Shown piece by piece: positions 49,335 through 58,852 of a stretch of 64,000 bases of DNA. A program made the translations under genes and the position numbers. Within the stretch, counting starts at the first letter, position 1. Each line of letters begins with the position of its first letter. Under the pieces are notes generated by a model that worked only from the letters and a program-made list of their open reading frames with translations, did no database searches and had not been told where the DNA came from. Source of the stretch: a virus (lineage: Duplodnaviria; Caudoviricetes); IMG/VR virus record IMGVR_UViG_3300021387_000688, one strand, 5' to 3'.

Positions 49335-50372
49335 TTAAGCTGAAACTTCTTCAATAATCTGAAGGCATTCAGTATATTCTTCGTCTGTAAGTTGCAATCT
49401 ATCTTTATAAGCTGTTAAAATATCGGCTGGATTTTGAGAAGTATATTTCTTATCAATTGAAAATTCTTTAACTGAACCTGAAACTATTTCTTCATCTTCT
49501 TCTCTTAAAACTTCTGTTTTGTAAACATGTAAGCCTAACAAACGTGCCTGAATGTAAACGTCTTTTCCATCGATAATAGGAGAATGAATAATCTTATAGA
49601 AAACGTTTTCGCTAGTTTCAAGATTTTTCAAATCTGTTAAAGATTGAATAGTATATTTCTTAAGTGTTAAGAAACTTGGAATAGTTATTTCTGCTTGTTT
49701 AATATTACCAGTGTCCATATCTTTTGCTAACAATCTAATAACAGAATGGTCATAGTCTTTATTTTCTGCTACAGAGTTTGGTAAGATAGATCCTAAGTAT
49801 TGAGGGTTAGTATCGTGAGAATGAATATGCCCGCAGAAATAAGCTTTTGTATTAATAGAAGAAATATCAATATGAGGAGAACCTGCAACTGACTCTAATT
49901 CCCAATGTGCAACTAAAGCGTCATAAACTTTATCTTTAGTATTTTCTTCTATATACTTTTGTACTTTTGAATGAGAGCTACCATATACCCAAGGTAAGCA
50001 GCAAAGCTTAAAACCATTCTTAGTTTCATAGTCGCAGAATTTGTTAATTACAATAACCCCTAATTTCTCTAAGAATACTTGAGAGTTTTCTACTTTGTAT
50101 TTATTCAAACCGTAATCGTGATTGCCTAGAATAGCATAGATAGTAGAAGCTTTTTTATGAAGCATTTCAAATAATTCAAGAGCCAATGCACTTACAGTTG
50201 GTAGCATATAAATTCTATGAAGTACATCTCCGGCTAATACTATTTCAGTATCTTCTTTTTTAGAATCAGGTAATGTTTGATCGATCCAATTGATAAAATC
50301 TCTTAAACCTTTTTTATAAAAGGCTCTGTTACGTAAATGAGCGTCCCCTATACCTACAAGTATCTTTTTCAA
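49335..50372 (-). CDS. Mre11/SbcD/gp47-like recombination nuclease
   Basis: Metallophosphoesterase motifs GDAH, AGDVLH, GNHD, GHIH, YLGS. Confidence 0.9.
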   Translation of the reverse strand: MKKILVGIGDAHLRNRAFYKKGLRDFINWIDQTLPDSKKEDTEIVLAGDVLHRIYMLPTVSALALELFEMLHKKASTIYAILGNHDYGLNKYKVENSQVFLEKLGVIVINKFCDYETKNGFKLCCLPWVYGSSHSKVQKYIEENTKDKVYDALVAHWELESVAGSPHIDISSINTKAYFCGHIHSHDTNPQYLGSILPNSVAENKDYDHSVIRLLAKDMDTGNIKQAEITIPSFLTLKKYTIQSLTDLKNLETSENVFYKIIHSPIIDGKDVYIQARLLGLHVYKTEVLREEDEEIVSGSVKEFSIDKKYTSQNPADILTAYKDRLQLTDEEYTECLQIIEEVSA

Positions 50373-50373
50373 T

Positions 50374-51333
50374 TTAATTCATCCTTGTCTTACTTAATGA
50401 GAATTTTTTAGCTGGCTGAGGCACGGTTTGCATGTCTAACTTAACTTTAAATTTCTCTATTGGAATATCGCAATTGCGTGGCAATTTACTTTCAATTACG
50501 TCAAAGTTTGCTTCACTAAAATCCAACAACCTTTCATAAGATTTTGAAGTATTAGACAATAATAAGAGTTCTTTAAGTCTTGCAAAGCTGCCTTGACCGT
50601 AGAAGAACAATCTTTTAGATTCAAACAAATCCCAATTTTCTTCTCCCATTCTCTTAAGAAGTTCTTTCATTTCATTTGAGGCCTGGGTAATCACTTTAGT
50701 CTTTTCGTGTTGGAAAGCGCCCACTACGTTATCACTTTCGTCCCCGTACATAACTTTCCAGAAGGTAACAGAAGTAATATTAGGCTTAAATCCATATTTC
50801 TTTTTGAAGTTCTTTTCAGTAAACAAATTATCTTTCTTAATAGAAAGGCCTTGATTTAACATTTCTACTCTATCTTCTTCAAGATATCTACAGAAGTCTT
50901 CGTCAGAAGTTACCATTAAACATTTTCCAGTTTCCGTTAATTTTTCTACAAAGTCGTCTGCTTCATATTCACAATCATGGTATACAGAAACTCTTTTAGT
51001 ACCTTCTAGAATATAATGGGTGTATAATTTTTCAAGGGTATTTATTCTTAATTTAACAATAGGGCTATTCTTGTCGCGATTTGATTTATAACCTTCTTTG
51101 ATTTTTTGGCGTTCACTAATAGAACCATCTGAAAGTAAAGGATCAAACAATAAACAAACTTCTCCTAAAGTACTTTGTACAAACTTGTCTATTACAGATT
51201 TGTAATAATTGAATAAAAGATTATTTTTGATTAATGTTTTACAAGTAGCTTCTGAAGCATCTTTTACATAAAAAGCTGCCACTCTATAAAAAACATTAGA
51301 TGTGTCAATAATTATTTTATCGTAATTTAACAT
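50374..51333 (-). CDS. 5'-3' exonuclease/flap endonuclease (T4 RNase H-like)
   Basis: IIDTSN..YR, YKSNR, EADD, TSDEDF, GDESDNV.G. Confidence 0.9.
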   Translation of the reverse strand: MLNYDKIIIDTSNVFYRVAAFYVKDASEATCKTLIKNNLLFNYYKSVIDKFVQSTLGEVCLLFDPLLSDGSISERQKIKEGYKSNRDKNSPIVKLRINTLEKLYTHYILEGTKRVSVYHDCEYEADDFVEKLTETGKCLMVTSDEDFCRYLEEDRVEMLNQGLSIKKDNLFTEKNFKKKYGFKPNITSVTFWKVMYGDESDNVVGAFQHEKTKVITQASNEMKELLKRMGEENWDLFESKRLFFYGQGSFARLKELLLLSNTSKSYERLLDFSEANFDVIESKLPRNCDIPIEKFKVKLDMQTVPQPAKKFSLSKTRMN

Positions 51334-51388
51334 ACCTTACCAATTCCTATATAGAAAAATATAGTGTAGGGATCGGTAAAGTCAGTTT

Positions 51389-52147
51389 TTACATTGTAAC
51401 GTCAGTAAATCCTACAATCGGTGAACCATCTACCGCAGTTGGCGCACCCAATATACCGCAAACCTTAAATCCATGTTTACCTAATGCAGTTTTCTTTCTA
51501 CCATAAATAGATATTTCGTTTGCCACAATTTCTATTTTATTAGGAGTCATACTTATAGTAGAACTTTGTTTACTAGGAGAACCTACACGTAGATATATTT
51601 GATTTTGGAAAACACTTATAGCAGTACCAGATTGCATCATATACCATCTTTCACCTGTACGTACATTTACAAGGTCCATGGCGACTGCAGTTGGTACCCC
51701 TCCTTTAGAAGAAATGCCCTTGTCATTATAAAGGTTTGTAAGAGATTGGTTACTAAACAATACTTTTAATTCTGCATAATTAAAACTATTTGTGTTTAAG
51801 TTTTGGCGACGAATGTGGGTAAACAATTGCTTGAAGTTGTAAGGTTGCATAATTTTCTTTACAGAAGTGTCATACTCTTCCATAGATTCTGACATTACAA
51901 AACCAATCTTAAAATCGTCTGTACATATTACCCATACTTGAGTCGCTTTTGTGGGATCTTTAGTATCTTCTTCTGATACGCCTTTTATGAGTTGAGTAGG
52001 AGAGAACATAGGATATTTAGGTAAGTCTTCTTTTTTCCAACCTACCATATCTGGCAATATCCTTATAGTAAGAACATCTGAACCTACTTTATTATTTGAA
52101 TATATAGCTCCTCTTCTAAACTTTAATTCGCAATCTTTACTAACCAT
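51389..52147 (-). CDS. Putative baseplate spike/hub (gp5/gpV OB-fold-like)
   Basis: G.I......IRILP, VWV.C.D..K.G, followed by short beta-repeat C-terminus. Confidence 0.5.
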   Translation of the reverse strand: MVSKDCELKFRRGAIYSNNKVGSDVLTIRILPDMVGWKKEDLPKYPMFSPTQLIKGVSEEDTKDPTKATQVWVICTDDFKIGFVMSESMEEYDTSVKKIMQPYNFKQLFTHIRRQNLNTNSFNYAELKVLFSNQSLTNLYNDKGISSKGGVPTAVAMDLVNVRTGERWYMMQSGTAISVFQNQIYLRVGSPSKQSSTISMTPNKIEIVANEISIYGRKKTALGKHGFKVCGILGAPTAVDGSPIVGFTDVTM

Positions 52148-52699
52148 TTAATATGCCTCTACATATGGATGATTTTCTATTTCAGGATCTGGGATTGCAT
52201 TATAAATATCATCTCCATCTAATTGCACGCCTGAAATATAAACATTATCTCCATATACATTTTCTATATATAGTCCACCGTATAAAAATTTAACGCAGAT
52301 TATTTGATATTCATTTATGTACTTTGCAACCTTTTCTATTTTCCAATCGTCGTCAATCCCTTCAGGCTTAACCAATTGTATAAATTCTTCAAGTCTATTA
52401 GTAAAGTAAAAACGTTTTGGGGCTTTAGGTAATTTAATTTTTTGAGTGCATAAAGGTCTTTCGACGTTAGTAATATAATTGAATTTACCTTCTGAAGAAA
52501 TTAAATAATCCCCTATCTTAAAATCTTTAGGATATAATTTTTTACACTTCTTAGTATCACCTTTTTGATAGACTTTATATTTTTTACGACCGTCAAGATA
52601 GATGTAACGGTTTTGTCCTTTTACCGAAAATGTAATTTCCCAACCTGCTATCTGCAAAGTTGGGTAATAAATTCTAATATATAATTTCGCACGATTCAT
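52148..52699 (-). CDS. Hypothetical protein (possible degenerate Hint fold)
   Basis: 183 aa; KDFKIGDYLISSEG...ITNVE segment. Confidence 0.6.
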   Translation of the reverse strand: MNRAKLYIRIYYPTLQIAGWEITFSVKGQNRYIYLDGRKKYKVYQKGDTKKCKKLYPKDFKIGDYLISSEGKFNYITNVERPLCTQKIKLPKAPKRFYFTNRLEEFIQLVKPEGIDDDWKIEKVAKYINEYQIICVKFLYGGLYIENVYGDNVYISGVQLDGDDIYNAIPDPEIENHPYVEAY

Positions 52700-52720
52700 C
52701 TTTATATTATAGTAAAGCTA

Positions 52721-54247
52721 TCATTCCCCATACAATTTACCGTTGTTATCCAATATTAAACCTTTTCCAAATGGTGCGAGAGGCCATAATTTATTAAAAG
52801 TAATAGTGCCTGCCATTGGATAACCATCTTTATCCGTATGTACCATGTCATATACAAAATCTACATCTTCCGGAATGAAAGGCCCCATTTTTATTTTGGC
52901 ATTTGAAGTATTTTTACAGAAAGTTTCTATTGAAGTTTGGTTATGCACGTATGTAGGTGCATAACCAAAATATAAATAGAAAAATGACCCTGTACCTGAT
53001 AATGTATTGAACACAGATTCTGCTGCAGCTCCTTCCAAATACATTTCATAATTAACCATTTCTTTCAAAATAGATAAAAGTCCGTCCCCAGATGCCTCAT
53101 CTTTATCGCTTTTTATTACTTGGAAATCTTGACCGTCTTCTCCTTTTTGTTTCAAAGTTACTTGGTTCCCTTCATATTTTGTTTTACCATCTTCAGTTGT
53201 ATAACCGTTTCTAAAAGCATTTTGCCAACCTATCCAAGTTGCACGTACCTTATCTGTAGCCCCAGTGCTCCAGTCATCCCAATCCTTTGCATATCTAGCT
53301 ATATCCCCTTCACTGTCCCCTTTAGGATTTATTTTAGGTAATAATTTTTTTAAATTCTTAAAAGCTGCTTTGGCATCTTTCTTTGCGGCGTTTTTAGCAT
53401 CTCTGCCAGATCCAGAGTCTGTAGATACTGTTACATAGTTATCTAAATGACCCAACAATTCGTCCATGTATTTATCTGCTGCGTCTAAGGCCTCAGATTC
53501 TTTAGATTCAGATATAAGGGATTTTGAAGCGGCTTGCAATTTTCTAGTGTATTCAGCTAATCCTTTTGCATCTCCTTTAACTATAGTTCCAGTGGCTTTT
53601 ACAATATGTCCTAAAGCTTGTTGGGTGTAAGGTACGCTATTAGTAGAAGCAACAGATACTAAACCTGGGCGAGGAGTAGTACCATCAGGGTAGTATACAT
53701 CGGATACCCCTGGTAATAAAGCATCCTTTATGGTTTTTATAGGTTCCCATACTTCTGCTTTTGCATCAAAAAGGTTGCATTTACCATATGCAAATTCAAC
53801 TGTAAGTTTTCCTCCGGCTTGAGTTATTGCAGGAGCAGCCTTTCTATAGGGGACTTTATATTTTAAACCCAACGCGAATTGATCGAAAAAGTCTGCAATA
53901 CTAGCATCATCTTTTCCGCTCATTTGTAAGGCCATAGACATTAAAGATAATATTTGCCCTTTTGTATCTGTACTAGAAGCATGACCCAAACTACCAGATA
54001 TGTTTCCTGAAAGAGAATCAGTCATTATCTTTTCTATTACAGCTTTAGTCTGATTAGAAAATTTATTATAAGCACCTTTTATTGTAGTTGCTCCATCTTC
54101 AAATTCTTCTTTATACCCAAAACCTATATGCTTTAAAGCTTCTATTTTTATATCACCTTTGAGTAATGCAGGCCCTACCGAAGTGTAGTTGCCACCGGTT
54201 TTCATGTATATTTTTTTACTAGTATCTATTAAAAAATTACTTGCCAT
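52721..54247 (-). CDS. Putative virion protein (tube cap/baseplate-like)
   Basis: 508 aa; C-terminal V.F.Y...D.DGYPM.G.ITF pattern; CTAATT motif upstream. Confidence 0.5.
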   Translation of the reverse strand: MASNFLIDTSKKIYMKTGGNYTSVGPALLKGDIKIEALKHIGFGYKEEFEDGATTIKGAYNKFSNQTKAVIEKIMTDSLSGNISGSLGHASSTDTKGQILSLMSMALQMSGKDDASIADFFDQFALGLKYKVPYRKAAPAITQAGGKLTVEFAYGKCNLFDAKAEVWEPIKTIKDALLPGVSDVYYPDGTTPRPGLVSVASTNSVPYTQQALGHIVKATGTIVKGDAKGLAEYTRKLQAASKSLISESKESEALDAADKYMDELLGHLDNYVTVSTDSGSGRDAKNAAKKDAKAAFKNLKKLLPKINPKGDSEGDIARYAKDWDDWSTGATDKVRATWIGWQNAFRNGYTTEDGKTKYEGNQVTLKQKGEDGQDFQVIKSDKDEASGDGLLSILKEMVNYEMYLEGAAAESVFNTLSGTGSFFYLYFGYAPTYVHNQTSIETFCKNTSNAKIKMGPFIPEDVDFVYDMVHTDKDGYPMAGTITFNKLWPLAPFGKGLILDNNGKLYGE

Positions 54248-54479
54248 AAATCAATTAGTTTATCTTGGCGCGTATTTAAAACATTTGCGCTAATTAACTA
54301 TGTCTTATTTGTTTTATATTCTTTTACAATTTTTATTAACCTGAAAAACATGGATTGTTTTTAATTTACTAATAACGATTGTAGAGAAGTCATCAAATGA
54401 ATAGTTGATGTAAATAATTGTAAACTTCGATTTTTAAGAAGAGAAGCAAAAGGCAAAATTAAATAGGAGATAAGTAATA

Positions 54480-56189
54480 ATGATGGTTTCAAAGATCAAC
54501 AAGCGTCCAGTAGCAAAACCAACAATTGCTAAAAAGGAAGCTGTTAAGAAAATGACAGAGAAAGCAGCACGTGCAGAAAAAGCTGCTTTAGTATGGAACA
54601 ACCACCCATTGTTTAAAGGTGAGTTGTCATCTATCAAGGAAGCAAAAGTTCGTCAGAATGCTGCTATCAACTTGACAAACCAGGCTCGTTATATGAAACA
54701 GTTGAACGAGCAGGAAACATCTACAGAGTTCCAGAGAATGGCACCTGCTAACATGATGAGATTGGTTCAGTTAACAATGACCAACTTGAATCGTGGAAAC
54801 GTATTCGCAGAGTACTCAATGGAAACTGCTCGTGATGCTATCTACTACATCAAGACATTCTTCTCTAAGAGCTCAGGTCCAAACGCTGGATTGATGGCTG
54901 AAAGATCTATGTCATATGATGGATCAGAAGGACAGGATCCATTCGGATTTGGTCCAAACGCTGATGAAGAATATCAGGTAGGTGGATACAATGGACGTAA
55001 TCCAATCTACGGTGGAAAGAAACGTGCTAACAACAACTACACAAACACAAACGCTCGTAAGGCTGTTTATGAAACTGTAGAATCTCGTTATGCTAACGAG
55101 TTGGCAAATGGTAAAGTAGAAGGTCTTACAATTTCTTGGGTTGGTGGTCCATTCGGAACTAACGGTGAATTGTATGTTCCAGGACAGTCTACAATTTATG
55201 CAGGAACAAATGAACAGGATGTAATCGCTATTCAGGATCCTTCAACTCTTGAGTATTTCGTAGCTCAGAAGTATAAGGGAGCAACTGTAGTAGAATCTCC
55301 AAGATCTGCTGAAGGTGGTCCAGTTACTGTAACTGTTGACTTCTCTGGTCTTGTAGAAGGTGAAGCACCTGCTACTATTAACGGATATGCTCGTTTCGAT
55401 TCAGAAACAGACTATGAAGGAAATCACCTCGGTGAAGTAAACTTGATGATGAGCGTTGCTGAGCTTCGTCCTCACAGAACATCTATTGGTGTATCTTGGA
55501 CAAAGTTGGCTGAGATTACTCTTGATGCTTCTTTCAACACTCAGATCGACGAAATCCTTTTGACATCTGCAGCTGATACAATTCACGCTCAGATGGATTA
55601 TCAGGCATTCAAGGAAGCTTATGCTTTCGCTTGTACAAACCCTAAGACATACACAGTTCACTTCGATGCTGCTTACTCAACAGACACAACTGGTGACAAG
55701 GGTACAAAAGATAGCTATACACAGACTGCTCAGACATTGTCTTCTGCAATCGAATTAGCTGGTGCTGCTCTTTACAGCGACATCAAACGTGGTGCTATCA
55801 ACAAGATGGTAGTTGGTGTATCTGTAGCTCCATATTTGAAACTTAACTTAGGTTTCGAACCAAAGGGACTTCAGGATCCAACAGGTGTTTACAAGATCGG
55901 TGAATTGGACGGAATCGAAGTATTCAAGGCTCCAGTAGAAGTTATCCCAGATAACGAGATCTTGTGTGTATACAAGAACGCTAAGGTAGAAAACGACGTT
56001 GCAATCGTATATGGTACATTAGTTCCATTCGTAAGCAACAAGTTGGAATATCCTACATTCTATACACGTGCTGGTCTTGCTTCATTCGGTGATCGTGCCG
56101 TATTGAACAGAAAGTATCTTGCACGTATCGTAATCGATAACTTGAAGGATCGTTTCAAGGGAACAGCTACAAACCCAACAGGTGAGTAA
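54480..56189 (+). CDS. Major capsid protein, T4 gp23-like
   Basis: IYYIK, E.NL......L......I.VSWT..AE..L, IG.LDG..V, ILC.YK....D.A..YG..VP; strongly biased codon usage; AGGAG RBS. Confidence 0.85.
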   Translation: MMVSKINKRPVAKPTIAKKEAVKKMTEKAARAEKAALVWNNHPLFKGELSSIKEAKVRQNAAINLTNQARYMKQLNEQETSTEFQRMAPANMMRLVQLTMTNLNRGNVFAEYSMETARDAIYYIKTFFSKSSGPNAGLMAERSMSYDGSEGQDPFGFGPNADEEYQVGGYNGRNPIYGGKKRANNNYTNTNARKAVYETVESRYANELANGKVEGLTISWVGGPFGTNGELYVPGQSTIYAGTNEQDVIAIQDPSTLEYFVAQKYKGATVVESPRSAEGGPVTVTVDFSGLVEGEAPATINGYARFDSETDYEGNHLGEVNLMMSVAELRPHRTSIGVSWTKLAEITLDASFNTQIDEILLTSAADTIHAQMDYQAFKEAYAFACTNPKTYTVHFDAAYSTDTTGDKGTKDSYTQTAQTLSSAIELAGAALYSDIKRGAINKMVVGVSVAPYLKLNLGFEPKGLQDPTGVYKIGELDGIEVFKAPVEVIPDNEILCVYKNAKVENDVAIVYGTLVPFVSNKLEYPTFYTRAGLASFGDRAVLNRKYLARIVIDNLKDRFKGTATNPTGE

Positions 56190-56238
56190 TTGATCGAGGC
56201 CGAATAGGCCTCTCCTGAAAGTAAGATATAGAATAAAA

Positions 56239-56266
56239 AAAACCTCTACTGAAAAGTAGAGGTTTT
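56239..56266. terminator. Bidirectional intrinsic terminator
   Basis: AAAACCTCTACT-gaaa-AGTAGAGGTTTT. Confidence 0.85.
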
Positions 56267-56274
56267 ATTTTTGG

Positions 56275-56781
56275 TTATAACAAATCTTCCCAATCATTAA
56301 CGCAATATGCATAACTTAAACCAGCTATGGCGCTTTCAACGGGTGTTTCAAAATCTTTAACTCTAAACTTAATACCCATTCTCTTTTCGAGATCTAGTAT
56401 CATTTCTCCTTTATAGCCTATTATTAGTCCTGGGCGTTGACATAATACTCTAGGACCTTTTTTAGTAAACTCTACATCAGATATTCCAAACTGCCGGATA
56501 TCGTTAATAGTTTTATCAACTACGTTACGGTCATAATATTTTCTGTATTCAGGAGAAGCCCAAGACATGTAAGTTTCTCCTGTAGTAGAAGTTTCATATT
56601 TACAGCCTGTCTCTTCTGCAAGTTTTAATAGATTTTCTTTTTCACTTTCTTGCATCTTATGCAAGTAAGCATTACAAAAATCTCTCATAAAGGCTTCTAC
56701 TTTTCCTGCATGAGAATGTTTCTTCTTAAAAGAATGATACCTATACTTAAGGCATTTTATATGGGCAATTATTCTATTCAT
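56275..56781 (-). CDS. Protein with ribosomal S3-like KH motif; start revised to 56781
   Basis: RPGLIIGYKGEMI..LEK; TATATT ends 6 nt before the ATG at 56781. Confidence 0.65.
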   Translation of the reverse strand: MNRIIAHIKCLKYRYHSFKKKHSHAGKVEAFMRDFCNAYLHKMQESEKENLLKLAEETGCKYETSTTGETYMSWASPEYRKYYDRNVVDKTINDIRQFGISDVEFTKKGPRVLCQRPGLIIGYKGEMILDLEKRMGIKFRVKDFETPVESAIAGLSYAYCVNDWEDLL

Positions 56782-56984
56782 GATTATAATATAGATAAAT
56801 CCGGTTTGGATAATTTCATAAAAGATCGGTTTCGACAAAAATAAAGAAGCTAATTATAATGTATTTTAACCGGTAAAGCCTGCCTCGAATAGCTGGCAGT
56901 TTACATATAATGAAAAAACTTAGGTTGCAAGTTTTTCTCTTTATTGAGTTAAAGTTTTTAAAGCAACCCTCTTTGTCAAAAGAA

Positions 56985-57010
56985 AAGCCCTATCTTTTTG
57001 ATAGGGCTTA
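56985..57010. terminator. Intrinsic terminator
   Basis: AAGCCCTATC-ttttt-GATAGGGCTT. Confidence 0.8.
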
Positions 57011-57048
57011 TCTTTTTGTTTTTTAAATACCTTGTTTTGAAATTATTT

Positions 57049-57351
57049 TTAAATCAAGTTTTTGAAATAAAGAAGAGTTATCTCTTTAGGATCTAATCCT
57101 TCGTTAGTTTTCTCTTCATAAAACTTTTTATAATCTTTTCTTTCTTCTAAAAGGTAATGACTGATTGCTCCTGTTTTTAATATGGACTTCGCACATTTAT
57201 CAAAGTCGCTAGGAGATTTGGTTCCGTACACTCTTCCTTTAGAACCATGTAACTCAATATAATTATCTTCCCCAGCCTCTACTGTAAGTTGATATCCGTA
57301 CTTTTTATTAGCAGAGCTAATAGTCCCTTTGAAGCAATCTAGTTTAATCAT
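57049..57351 (-). CDS. Hypothetical protein
   Basis: 100 aa, in an operon downstream of nrdG. Confidence 0.7.
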   Translation of the reverse strand: MIKLDCFKGTISSANKKYGYQLTVEAGEDNYIELHGSKGRVYGTKSPSDFDKCAKSILKTGAISHYLLEERKDYKKFYEEKTNEGLDPKEITLLYFKNLI

Positions 57352-57359
57352 TTCAGTCC

Positions 57360-57887
57360 TTAAATTCGTCCTGTAAAATCAATATAGCTATTAACTTTAT
57401 TACCTTTTTCTATTTTCAAAACCCTCTGATTTGTTGAACCTCTAAACTTCAAATTGATTAGATGCTTATCTTCTTCAAAAGGCCCATCTACTACCATATC
57501 TACATAAGACAATAATTGCTGCACTTTAGGTTCATTAATCCTATCGTCTAAATTGTAACCTGTCCACAACCAAATGTCTTTTGTAGATCCAAATTCTTCT
57601 TTACACTTTTTAACTAACTCAATGACTCCATCGATGTTAAAATCTGATAAAGGTTCTCCGCCTAATACAGATAATCCTGAGATGTAACTTTTTGACAAAG
57701 ACCTTATTACCTTATTTTCCGAATCTGCATCCCATTTCTTTCCAGACCTTGGGTCCCATGCTTTTGAATTATGGCATCCTTTACAAGCATGTCCTTCCAT
57801 AGCCAATTGACATCCAGAAAAATATACAGAAACCCTTAAACCAGGGCCATCTGCAGTACTACAGACTCTTATCAATGAATAGTTCAA
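57360..57887 (-). CDS. nrdG: Anaerobic ribonucleotide reductase activating enzyme (radical SAM)
   Basis: DGPGLRVS..FSGC, CKGCHN..W, LGGEP, WLWTGY, VDGPF, FRGSTNQR. Confidence 0.93.
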   Translation of the reverse strand: MNYSLIRVCSTADGPGLRVSVYFSGCQLAMEGHACKGCHNSKAWDPRSGKKWDADSENKVIRSLSKSYISGLSVLGGEPLSDFNIDGVIELVKKCKEEFGSTKDIWLWTGYNLDDRINEPKVQQLLSYVDMVVDGPFEEDKHLINLKFRGSTNQRVLKIEKGNKVNSYIDFTGRI

Positions 57888-57890
57888 ACC

Positions 57891-58535
57891 TTACTCCTTT
57901 AACGCGTCGTTAGCATCATTAATTGCTTTTTCCATGGCAGACAAATAGGAAGCCTTGGCACTAGCGTCATCCATTTCTTTACGAGATTGTTGTTCCTTTA
58001 ATTGAACCAACTCATTGCGAAGGTTATTTATCACTGATTGACTTTCATTGTTTTCAATTCGAGCCTTTTCAAGTTCTCCAGATATACGTTTTGTACTTTC
58101 CTCTAGATCGTTATAACGATTAAGTAATTCATTTAATTCATTATTTTTAAGTTCCTTATCATGAATTACATTTTGAAAGTCTTTCTTCAATCCCTCTACA
58201 TATTCGTCAGAGTATTTTTGAATAACGTTAATTCCGAACTTTTCTTGTAAACGAGAAACGAGGGAATCTTTGTCAGACAGTAAATCATTCAGAGATTCGA
58301 TATCCTTTCTCAAATCAGCAATCTCTTCCTCCTTTGGTTCAATATTGTCCTCAACGAGATGTTTCACTGTTAAGTATGTTTTATTTTTCAAATCGAGGTA
58401 TTTATCCCTTTCTTCCTTGGCCTGAGATTCCCACTTTTGCCACTCCTCAGAACAATGGTCTCGATCTGCTTTCAATTTAAGTATGGCATCTTTGAACGAT
58501 GATAATTTTTCAAGTACTTCTGCTTCTGTCAACAT
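57891..58535 (-). CDS. Coiled-coil hypothetical protein
   Basis: Heptad-rich 214 aa. Confidence 0.75.
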   Translation of the reverse strand: MLTEAEVLEKLSSFKDAILKLKADRDHCSEEWQKWESQAKEERDKYLDLKNKTYLTVKHLVEDNIEPKEEEIADLRKDIESLNDLLSDKDSLVSRLQEKFGINVIQKYSDEYVEGLKKDFQNVIHDKELKNNELNELLNRYNDLEESTKRISGELEKARIENNESQSVINNLRNELVQLKEQQSRKEMDDASAKASYLSAMEKAINDANDALKE

Positions 58536-58537
58536 TT

Positions 58538-58852
58538 TTACTTATTCTGTTCTCCGTATATTTGACCGTATGTAGGATAATCAGTAATAGGTTTCGGCCC
58601 TTTATATTCTTTTGAATTAGTTAGTTCATTGTCATCCTTTTTATACAAGAGGAGCTGAGTTAACAAAATTTGGGACCCTAATGGAATACTTATATCTTTG
58701 CAATTAGAATTCCAATCTCCATTAATCATTGGATGAGTTTCAATATGTTTTACTTCCCAACCTTCCTCTAATAACTTATCTACTTCTCCGCCGTTACAAA
58801 ATATATCACCGGCTTGATTTGCTTTAATTGTAAATCTAACTAACTTAAACAT
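58538..58852 (-). CDS. Hypothetical protein
   Basis: 104 aa, L.EGWEV motif. Confidence 0.7.
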   Translation of the reverse strand: MFKLVRFTIKANQAGDIFCNGGEVDKLLEEGWEVKHIETHPMINGDWNSNCKDISIPLGSQILLTQLLLYKKDDNELTNSKEYKGPKPITDYPTYGQIYGEQNK

